Positions 53,945 to 64,000 of a stretch of DNA of 64,000 bases are shown in pieces. Positions within the stretch are counted from its first letter, which is position 1, and each line of letters begins with the position of its first letter. Source of the stretch: Octopus sinensis (Eukaryota). Made by a program: the position numbers and the translations under genes. The notes beneath the pieces are model-generated. The model saw only the letters and a list, made by a program, of their open reading frames with translations. It was not told where the DNA came from and ran no database searches. The DNA lies in the NCBI RefSeq assembly GCF_006345805.1, contig NC_042998.1, positions 171,430,001 to 171,494,000 on the forward strand, read 5' to 3'.

Positions 53945-56900
53945 ATGCCTCCGAAAAACAAGAGCACTCTTACAGAGACAGTCACCAATAAGACCATTCT
54001 AAAAGAACTCAAAGTACTCAATACACATCTACTTACATTCTCCAAAAAAATTGACGAACTTCTCCTTCAATCCCGGACAACTCAGAAAACAACCATCATC
54101 AACAACTTTCGGATAAAATTGATGTAAACCTAAACGAAATCAACACTACACTGAAAACTCTACTTTCGGATAAGATAGATGTAAACCTAAATGAAATCAA
54201 CACTACACGGAAAACTCTACTTACCAATTCAACGCCAAAGAGACCTCAGACACCACTCAACACACAGAAGGAACACATTTCAACCCCAGCACAACGCATT
54301 AAAAACCAGATCATCACTACTTGGACTAAGAAACTACACAACAGAAAACTTCTCTTCTGGAACATGCTCAAAAACCAAAACAAAGCTGAAATTTACGACA
54401 AATGGTTAAACTCCTCCCCTATCATACTACCCCGAAAATTCCAAATCAAACACATCCCAGACGAACCTGAAAAACAACGCTCCCTAAGAGAAAAACTAAC
54501 ATTGGAAAAATGAAAACCGAAGTAGAACTTCTAAAACTCAGAGCACAAAACCACGAACAAAAATACACAAAAATAGACGATGAGATACTTCTAGAACTAA
54601 CCTCACACACCAACGAACAGCCCCTCGAACTTGTTATTAAACTATGGAAAGATGAATGTGAAAAGGAAGAACGAACCTCCCTCAAACGCTGGGAAAACAA
54701 CAAAGATTTCTTCCTCAACTATGAAACACAATTCATATTAAACCATAAATCCAAAAACCCATTCATAAAAGTACCCACAACACAGACTTCCACTGTACCC
54801 CATAAAACACCATTCCAAACCGCACCTCAAATACACATACTCTCCAAACCCCCTCCTAACAGAACACAACCCCCCAACCATATAAAAAACCTTTTCCCCC
54901 CCGAAACATCTCAAACAAGACCCACCACAAAACCTGGTTTTCCAATCACTCTAACACCCCTCCCCCACCGATTAGAACCTTCAAGAACCTCCCATACACT
55001 AGAAATTATCCCCCACTCAAGGCTCCCCTCCCTCACACTAATAACAAACAAGGCATCCTACCCACACCGATACATATAAGACCCACCCAACGAACCCCCT
55101 ATAGTCCACCCATCCAACAACCACATTCCTACCACATCTCCTACAGATCTCCAAACCCTCACATCCCACACGAACCCAATCACCACAACTACATACCCCC
55201 CTACATCCCCCCATACAATCTACCAGTCACACACCCACAAACCCATCGCATTTCTCACAAATCCTTACACCATCGCATCCCATACCAACACAAATACGAC
55301 AACTACCTACCCCCCTCCAACCTCCCCACCCAAAAACACTCCTACACATACAACCAGAACTTTAACAAAGAATACACCCCTTACCTCAACAACCATTTTT
55401 TAGACAGAGGGGAAAAATACAACACCACCGCTAACACAGACCCAAAAAAAGAAAAAACAATTATAAACCTCTCCAGCAAAACACTGACACCAACCCAAAT
55501 CAACATCCTAGCAAGAGGTTTGAAATTCACACCCACCCCAAGAACACCCAACCCCCGGAGGTCAAGGATGACGTTTCTGAATTCTGCAGAAAACTTCGCC
55601 TAACAGAAGCTTTGACAGATATCAACAATGGGGACGATTCATTGATCAGAAATAAAAGCAACTTCCTACCACCAAAAGGGAGAAATAAAACACTGGACGA
55701 TTTCTGTAAACACATCCAGAGTCTCCCCTTTACCCCAAGCAAAACCAAGGTAAAATCCAATTTCAGTAAGGAAGAATGGGAAAACCTACGTGACATACAA
55801 CTGGATAAAAACCTCACCATCAAAGAAGCGGACAAAGGGAGTGCTGTGGTCCTTATGGACACGGAATTTTATAAACACCTAGTGTTCTCCATGCTTAACA
55901 ATAACATTTTCTATGAGGTTATAACAACTACAAACAGCAAAAAACAATCAGAAACCTCACCACACTCATACGCCAACACGGTCAGGGACTCACAGAAAAA
56001 GAAAGGGATTATATCACCATTTTCAAATGCAAGCCCAGCCTTTTTTATGGCCTTCCTAAAATCCATAAAAACAAATACATCACCGAAGCCTGCAAACTCT
56101 CCACTGACATCCACATCAACATCAAAGCACCGGAGGACCTAAAACTAAGGCCCATCGTGGCTGGTACCTCCTGTGAAACACACCGCCTGAGTAACTTCCT
56201 AGACATCCTTTTGAAACCTTTCCTTACCCACATCAAAAGTTTCATTAGGGATGATCTGGACATGCTCAAACACCTCCCGAAAACAGTTAACGAGGAGGCA
56301 CTCCTGGTATCCTTTGATGTCATCAACCTCTACACCAACATTCCACACGAGTATGGTATAGAGGCAATTGACTTCTGGCTAGAAAAACACCCAGAGACAT
56401 TCCCTGACCGCATTAACAAGTCTTTTATTACAGAATCTCTTAAGTTCATTCTGACAAACAATTTTTTTCTCTTCGACGACACACACTACCGTCAAAAATG
56501 TGGCATTGCGATGGGTACCAAGGCTGCACCAGTCCTTGCGAACCTCATAATGGGTTACTTCGAACTGTCACTCTATGAAATATCAAGCCAGAAATTTGGA
56601 CATGTTTTCCACACCTACCTAATGGAAAACTGGAAAAGGTATTTAGATGATTGTTTCATCATATGGAAAGAACCTTATGAAAAACTCCTGGAATTCAAAA
56701 CCATACTAAACAACATACATCCCAACATCCAATTCACTATGGAATTAAGCAAACATCATCTCCCATTCCTTGATCTCCTAATTATAAAAACACCTAAGAA
56801 CCAAATCATAACAGACATCTACCACAAACCTACAGACTCACAACAATACCTCCTCTTTAGTTCATGCCACCCAAAACACACCAAGACAAATATCCCTTTC

Positions 56901-57709
56901 AATTTAGCTAAAAGGGTATGCACCATTGTCTCGGATCCAAAAACACGAGAAATACGCCTTCAAGACCTCAAAAAAACACTATTACAACGTCAATATCCCT
57001 CCACCCTTATAGAGTATGGAATAAAACGCGCCAAAGAACTAGACAACACTACACTGAAAACCACCCAACCTAACACCACACACAACCTCAAAATACTTCC
57101 ATACATTTCCACCCACAACCCCAAAAATATCGAAGCATACACCACAATCATACAAAACCTCAGTCTACTGTCAACAGACCCAAAAATGAAAAACATTATA
57201 AATACACACAAAATCCTCAAATGCAAAAGGCAACACAAATCTTTAAAAAAACTCTTGACAAATGCCAAACTTCACACACCACATCCACCCCCAACAGTAA
57301 AAAAATGTGCACGCTCAAACTGTGGTACCTGCCCCTTCTACTTGAAGGCTCTGAATTTACCTTCAAACAAGGTACGAAGTTTAAAATCAAGACTAACTTC
57401 TCCTGTTCCTCCGAGAACCTTATCTACGTCCTCACATGCGCTGGTTGCCAACATAATTATGTTGGACAAACGAGTCTCCCGTTACGTAAACGAGTAACGG
57501 TGCATAAAGAACAAATAAATCTCCCGGAATACCGACAAATTCCACTGAGTGACCACTTAGACTCATGTGCTAAAGACTTAAACCCCAAATTCTATATATT
57601 CCCCTTCTACCAATGTAAAGACGGGATCACCACACAGGAGAGAATTAACAAGGAGAATCTCTTTATTGAAAAATTCCAAACACAACTTAATATGCAAACT
57701 CCTCGTTGA
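53945..57709 (+). CDS. PLE polyprotein (~1250 aa if repaired): coiled-coil N-terminus, P/H/Y-rich linker, RT, Cx4Cx2C, GIY-YIG endonuclease; about 6 frameshifts
   Basis: IINLS..LT..Q..IL.RGLKFTPTP, IKEADKGSAVV, VSFDVINLYTNIP, GIAMGTKAAP, RYLDDCF, LPFLD, CARSNCGTC, LIYVLTCAGCQHNYVGQT. The frameshifts I could place fall at or near homopolymer runs. Confidence 0.9.
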
Positions 57710-58338
57710 TCAAACTTCCTTTCTCTACCTCACTCTTCATGGATGGACTAACACAAATATATAAAGATACCATGCATTCATCACTTCAAGCTAAAACTTA
57801 TATTCTTTAAATATCATTTTTACTATTGTTGTTATTACTATCATTTTTATTATAAATGATATGACAATTTGAAATGCAATTGTCTATGCATTTATATTAT
57901 TAGAAAATAATATAAATAAAGTGTTAAAATCTGAAAGTTAAGTTAACAAGCAATTATATAAAAAAGATAATGCAAATGAAGCTAAAATGATAGTTTTATA
58001 ATTTGGGTTTTATTGAAGAACTCAAAAGAGTTGTCTCCCCTTACACAACACAGGAACTGAAGAACCAGGACCACAATTACTACTACTTCCTGTCCTGCAA
58101 CATGCTGAATTTAACAACACAACACATCACATGCTCTTAATCCCTTTGGATCTTAACACCTCAAGGTAATTTTTTGGTGTAAACAACCATAAAACTCAAG
58201 ATACACAACGAACTCACAATGTATCGGAGAACTTATTTTTTAATTTTTGTACATTTTTATCATTATTCTTTTACAAAAAACAATGCAATTTTCTTTTTTT
58301 CCCCTTTCTAATTTTTAAAATAACTTCTTAAAACATAA

Positions 58339-58379
58339 TATTCTTGACAAGTCATACAAGGACGAAAACCGGTTGAATA
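58339..58379 (+). ncRNA. Minimal hammerhead ribozyme in the 3' terminal repeat
   Basis: Identical to 53737-53777. Confidence 0.75.
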
Positions 58380-58541
58380 AATATATATTTATATATTTTA
58401 TCATTTTCTCATTTTATTAAAATTTTCTTTCATTTGAGCATTCTGCATTTTTAAAAAAAAATTTTCCTTCCTTATTATCATTTCTCCACGTGCGGTCAAC
58501 ACAACCCCACCATTTATTGATCTATATATATATATATATAT

Positions 58542-59130
58542 AATCAATAATAATAAAGGGTAAATTAATTAATTAACTAATTAATAATTAATAATTCTAC
58601 CAAGTAGTTTCGGCATGTTAAAAGGACCTTTATCGGTAAACTTAAACAATAATTTTTATAATTATGAATATAATTATAATTATTTACTCAATAACAAACT
58701 GGGGTAGGTGAGGGAGAATACGAGATCTCATTCGTATATTTTGAATTCGTTGGTACTGGTCATTGTTATAGTTTGTCTGATGTTACTTGAATCAGATAGG
58801 TATGTTCAAATTTTTTCAGTGCTCTCAAATTTAAAATCTTGAAATACTGTGCTGAGGAGCGAGAATGATTGGAATGGAAATGCGATTTTTGCATTTTTTA
58901 TATCTATCTAACTCCGAAACGCGTTCACAGTTAATCAAATGCCGAGTGAATTTCGTTGTTTTTTCTCTTTGCCTACGTGAATTGTTTTTGAGTATATGTT
59001 TTCTGGGAGATTTTCTTATGGTAGAGAAATAGCTAGTTTCTTTGGCTGCTATTTCTAAATTTCGGTATATGGTGAAACAATTTTTTTTTTGCTGAACCCT
59101 AATTATAATTATACTCATAATTATAAAAAT
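58542..59130 (+). mobile_element. Non-autonomous hammerhead-bearing insert between (TA)n tracts
   Basis: (TA)n on both sides. Shares blocks with 1752-2335. No ORF with homology. Confidence 0.6.
58846..58931 (+). ncRNA. Type I hammerhead ribozyme with long helix II
   Basis: ACTGTG-CTGAGGA-G(C)GAG...CTCC-GAAA-CGCG-TT-CACAGT. Helix I is 6 bp; helix III is the palindrome ACGCGT. Confidence 0.8.
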
Positions 59131-59167
<37 letters not shown>

Positions 59168-59168
<1 letters not shown>

Positions 59169-59478
59169 CAGGCGCATGGCTTACGATCGTGAGGTTGTAA
59201 GTTCGAATCCTGAACCGGGCTGCGTGTTTGTTCTTGAGCAACGACACTTATTTCACTTTGCTCCAGTTCACTCAGCTGTAGAAATGAGTTGCGCGGTCAC
59301 AGGTGCCAAGCTGTATCGGCTGTCGCCTTTCCGTTGGATTAACACTGGTTGCGTGGAGAGGGGAGGTTGATATGCATGGGCGACTGCTGGTTTTCCATAA
59401 ACAACCTTGCCCGGACTTGTGTCTGGGAGGGTAACTTTCTAGGTGCAATCCCACGGTCTGTCATGACCGAAGGTGGTC
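59168..59478 (+). mobile_element. tRNA-derived SINE, family C (duplicate at ~60365-60675)
   Basis: B box GTTCGAATCC followed by TTGTTCTTGAGCAA(C)GACACTT. Confidence 0.7.
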
Positions 59479-59795
59479 TCAGCAGCATAACACGGAGTAG
59501 TCGAAGCAGGGGCAGCTGAAGAAGGGGAATGTTCCTTGTGTTTTATGTATTGTACTCTGTTTTTTCGTTGTTTGAAAAAGTTCGTTTCCATGTTTTTGTT
59601 TTTATGTTTTCGTATCTCATTGTGTTCTACGTTTTTTTGGTGTCCTGTACTCATATATGCATGTATATATACATATAGAAGTAGGTATGTACATATATGT
59701 ATGTATGTATGCATATGTTTTATTTATTGATTTGTTATTATATGATCGAACGCCACGCATCCACTTCCATGTAAGTTATATCTATCTATCTATCG

Positions 59796-59891
<96 letters not shown>

Positions 59892-59908
59892 CCTACCTAC
59901 CTACCTAC

Positions 59909-59944
<36 letters not shown>

Positions 59945-59945
59945 A

Positions 59946-60069
<124 letters not shown>

Positions 60070-60300
60070 GGGTAATACACCAGTGGATTCATTGGGATAC
60101 AGGTATCACTTAGACGGTTGTTAGCCACTACACACATTTTTCTCTCCTTGTTTTTCTCCTTGTTTTTTCTGTGTTCCTTTCTGTAGAAGAGCGTAGGCTC
60201 GAACGTAAAATACTTTTTCTATTCCCGAGCGTTATACTAATACATCTGTTGTTTTGTACACCACCTGTCTTCGTCTTTTGCTTTTTTCGTAAACTCTCCC

Positions 60301-60365
<65 letters not shown>

Positions 60366-60992
60366 CAGGCGCATGGCTTACGATCGTGAGGTTGTAAGTT
60401 CGAATCCTGAACCGGGCTGCGTGTTTTGTTCTTGAGCAAGACACTTTATTTCACTTTGCTCCAGTTCACTCAGCTGTAGAAATGAGTTGCGCGGTCACAG
60501 GTGCCAAGCTGTATCGGCTGTCGCCTTTCCGTTGGATAACACTGGTTGCGTGGAGAGGGGAGGTTGATATGCATGGGCGACTGCTGGTTTTCCATAAACA
60601 ACCTTGCCCGGACTTGTGTCTGGGAGGGTAACTTTCTAGGTGCAATCCCACGGTCTGTCATGACCGAAGGTGGTCTCAGCAGCATAACACGGAGTAGTCG
60701 AAGCAGGGGCAGCTGAAGAAGGGGAATGTTCCTTGTGTTTTATGTATTGTACTCTGTTTTTTCGTTGTTTGAAAAAGTTCGTTTCCATGTTTTTGTTTTT
60801 ATGTTTTCGTATCTCATTGTGTTCTACGTTTTTTTGGTGTCCTGTACTCATATATGCATGTATATATACATATAGAAGTAGGTATGTACATATATGTATG
60901 TATGTATGCATATGTTTTATTTATTGATTTGTTATTATATGATCGAACGCCACGCATCCACTTCCATGTAAGTTATATCTATCTATCTATCG

Positions 60993-61081
<89 letters not shown>

Positions 61082-61110
61082 CCTACCTACCTACCTACCT
61101 ACCTACCTAC

Positions 61111-61273
<163 letters not shown>

Positions 61274-61380
61274 GGGTAATACACCAGTGGATTCATTGGG
61301 ATACAGGTATCACTTAGACGGTTGTTAGCCACTACACACATTTTTCTCTCCTTGTTTTTCTCCTTGTTTTTTCTGTGTTC

Positions 61381-61415
61381 CTTTCTGTAGAAGAGCGTAG
61401 GCTCGAAACGTAAAA
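61381..61415 (+). ncRNA. Variant hammerhead-like motif (duplicate at 60177-60210, one A shorter)
   Basis: TTT-CTGTAGAA-GAGC(GTAG)GCTC-GAAA-CG-TA-AAA. A6>U plus an extra A; helix I is weak. Lies in the (TA)n-flanked insert 61273-61506. Confidence 0.4.
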
Positions 61416-61503
61416 TACTTTTTCTATTCCCGAGCGTTATACTAATACATCTGTTTGTTTTGTACACCACCTGTCTTCGTCTTTTGCTTTTTTCGTAAAC
61501 TCT

Positions 61504-61541
<38 letters not shown>

Positions 61542-62154
61542 GAGTAATTTTGCCGAAAACATTCGTGAGCAGAGCGTCATTAGCCCACAGCACAAAACGA
61601 AGCGAAATAACAGTCGTCCCCATCCCATACACACACTGTTGACATTAGTTTCACTATAAGTAATAAAAGAGATATAATAGAATACAGAATATTGATTAGT
61701 AGCTTTGGAACACCAGAGAGTATAATTTCTAACAACATTTATATATGGAAAAATTCCGGATATTTGCGAATATCAAAACATAATTTATGGAAAATTCATT
61801 TGGAAACTATGCACAATGACAATATGATAGAATTTCGGGGGACATTCTGATTACTGTTATCTTATCGAATGTGATATATGTAAATATAAAATGAATTAAA
61901 CAAGGCAAGAGAACAGCTGTGGATACGTGTCTCTACTTCATTAGGCGTTAATCTATATGCATACACATATATGCGAGTATTTATGTGTATATATACATAG
62001 GTACACATACACACACAGTTTGTATTTATATACATATAGATATAAATATGTATGTACACTTATTTGCATATATATAATCTCTCTCTCTCTCTCTCTTTCT
62101 CTCTCGACACACATATATACCTGTATATATATATATTATATATATATATATATA

Positions 62155-63310
62155 TCTCTTATTATAAAAGGCAGATTTTATCTGCCTCCCTTTGGGAGTT
62201 ATAGAAATCTACAATATAGGATTTCTTCAATTACAATTTACCTAGCAATTTTAAGAGTACAATGCATCGCGTCATGCCAGGTCCAGTTTTTAAAATTTTA
62301 ACTCCAATTAAGCAAAATTTACAGAAAACTCACATTCTGGTGGTGTGTCAAACGCTTTTCTTAGTCTGGTTTACACCACACGCAAACGCACACACACACA
62401 AGGGAGCGAATTGTTCACTGACGCTATCACCTTCTCTCCTTTTGTCTTTGCAAGTTGGCAGCTATTAAAGTGAAAACAGTGAATCCGACAGCGATTAGAA
62501 CACGAATTAGCACCTGAATGGAGTGAAAATTTAAAAACTGTTTCTTTCGGTGATTTTTCTGAAGAAACTGCACCAAGCCACAGACTTTCCCAGAAGGGTA
62601 AAGCCTTAGCTATTTCTATTTACTTTTTCGAATGAGCCCATTTGAAATCATTACGGCAGAAACAGAAACGAAACGTTACGCTAAACGTAAACAAAACGAA
62701 AGAAACGATAGTTTGTTATTTCCCACAACCTTAAATGAAATTAAGGCCTATTTTACCATAAATATTATTATGGGTATCAGAAAGTTACCAGAATAACAAA
62801 TTCTATCGTAAAATTTTGTTGTATACCCAATTGAATATTAGCTAATAACCCATTTTCTATAGCGATGTTTGAAAAAAATTTTAATAATTTTACAGAATGT
62901 TACCCAGAGAATAAAAATTCTATCGTAAAATTTTGTTGTATACCCAATTGAATATTAGCTAATAACCCATTTTCTATAGCGATGTTTGAACAAAATTTTA
63001 ATAATTTTACAGAAAGTTACCCAGAATAACAAACGAGCCCTTCAGGGTATTAGCGCGCGTCTACGATGAGTCTACGATTTAAAAAAAAATTACGATCATA
63101 TTTTTCCATTTAATTGCATTTTTTTCGCTTTTATATAAGGGAAGTAACTCTCTAAAAATATCTACGATGTGTCAAGATTTAAAGAAAATTACCTTAATTT
63201 TTTTTCAATTTTTAATGCATTTTTTTGCTATTTTTTGGCTATAACTCTCTAAAAATGCTTATATAGTTATTTCCCTTACAAACCCGAGCAACGCCGGGCG
63301 ATACTGCTAG
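62155..63310 (+). mobile_element. Non-autonomous Helitron, copy 1
   Basis: 5' TC preceded by A. 3' hairpin CCCG(A)GC-AAC-GC-CGGG (63283-63298) shortly before the terminal CTAG (63307-63310). No TSD. Internal ~120 bp tandem repeat. Confidence 0.85.
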
Positions 63311-64000
63311 TCTTATTATAAAAGGCAGTTTTATCTGCCTCCCTTTGGGAGTTATAGAAATCTACAATATAGGATTTCTTCAATTACAATTTACCTAGCA
63401 ATTTTAAGAGTACAATGCATCGCGTCATGCCAGGTTCCAGTTTTTAAAATTAAACTCCAATTAAGCAAAATTTACCAGAAAACTCACATTCTGGTGTGTG
63501 TGTCAACGCTTTCTTAGTCTGGTTTACACCACACGCAAACGCACACACACAAAGGGAGCGAATTGTTTCACTGACGCTATCACCTTTCTCCTCCTTTGTC
63601 TTTGCAAGTTGGCAGCTATTAAAGTGAAAACAGTGAATCCGACAGCGATTAAGAACACGAATTAGCACCTGAATGGAGTGAAAATTTAAAAACTGTTTCT
63701 TTCGGTGATTTTTCTGAAGAAACTGCACCAAGCCACAGACTTTCCCAGAAGAGTAAAGCCTTACACTATTTCTATATTTACTTTTTCGAATGAGCCCATT
63801 TGAAATCATTACGGCAGAAACGAACTGTTACGCTAAACGTAAACAAAACGAAAGAAACGATAGTTTTGTTATTCCCACAACCTTAAATGAAATTAAGGCC
63901 TATTTTACCATAAATATTATTATGGGTATCAGAAGTTACCCAGAATAACAAATTCTATCGTAAAATTTTGTGTATACCCAATTGAATATTAGCTAATAAC
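63311..64000 (+). mobile_element. Non-autonomous Helitron, copy 2 (head-to-tail, runs off the window)
   Basis: CTAG|TCTTATTATAAAAGGCAG junction. Near-identical to 62157-62850. Confidence 0.85.

Larger units (their letters stand above)
53714..58523 (+). mobile_element. Near-intact Penelope-like retroelement (Naiad/Neptune-type) with direct terminal repeats, inserted in (TA)n
   Basis: ~200 bp near-identical terminal repeats (53714-53916 and 58317-58523), (TA)n on both sides, and RT + GIY-YIG coding sequence between them. Confidence 0.95.

Noticed and set aside
53945-58300. Selenocysteine recoding, as reported for some Naiad PLEs
   Set aside because: No in-frame TGA at conserved Cys positions. 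The TGA at 54511 is better explained by a missing A in a homopolymer. No SECIS element recognised.
59168-59220. tRNA genes at SINE heads
   Set aside because: Only A/B box remnants are present, with no complete cloverleaf, and they are followed by SINE bodies.
59510-59592. CTGAAGAA...GAAA hammerhead-like motif (duplicate ~60707-60790)
   Set aside because: No convincing helix I or helix II closure.

Overview
AT-rich, microsatellite-saturated eukaryotic DNA. The SINE families and repeat landscape resemble an Octopus (cephalopod) genome; this is inference. I cannot identify a host protein-coding gene with confidence. Most ORFs in the track are microsatellite translations, and the only host-gene candidate is a weak minus-strand exon at the left edge. 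The window is a mosaic of mobile DNA: a near-intact 4.8 kb Penelope-like element (PLE; RT + GIY-YIG, ~200 bp direct terminal repeats, inserted in (TA)n) at 53714-58523 and two decayed PLEs; R4/Dong-type, RTE, CRE, CR1 and L1-like LINE remnants; a Tc1/mariner remnant; a hAT-like MITE; four MITEs with 8-9 bp target-site duplications (TSDs) and TTAGGG cores; a tandem non-autonomous Helitron; many tRNA-derived SINEs; and two (TA)n-bounded 1.2-1.3 kb tandem duplications. The main finding is about a dozen minimal type I hammerhead ribozyme motifs, read by eye. They lie in the PLE terminal repeats, in a PLE 3' UTR, and in several unrelated non-coding inserts in or beside (TA)n tracts. They show recurrent core variants (U3-A8 covariation, U.U at the base of helix II, an extra A) and palindromic helix III. 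Short fold-back hairpins recur at element junctions. Together these suggest a PLE-driven, (TA)n-targeted, retrozyme-like system. All coordinates and folds were determined manually, without computation.
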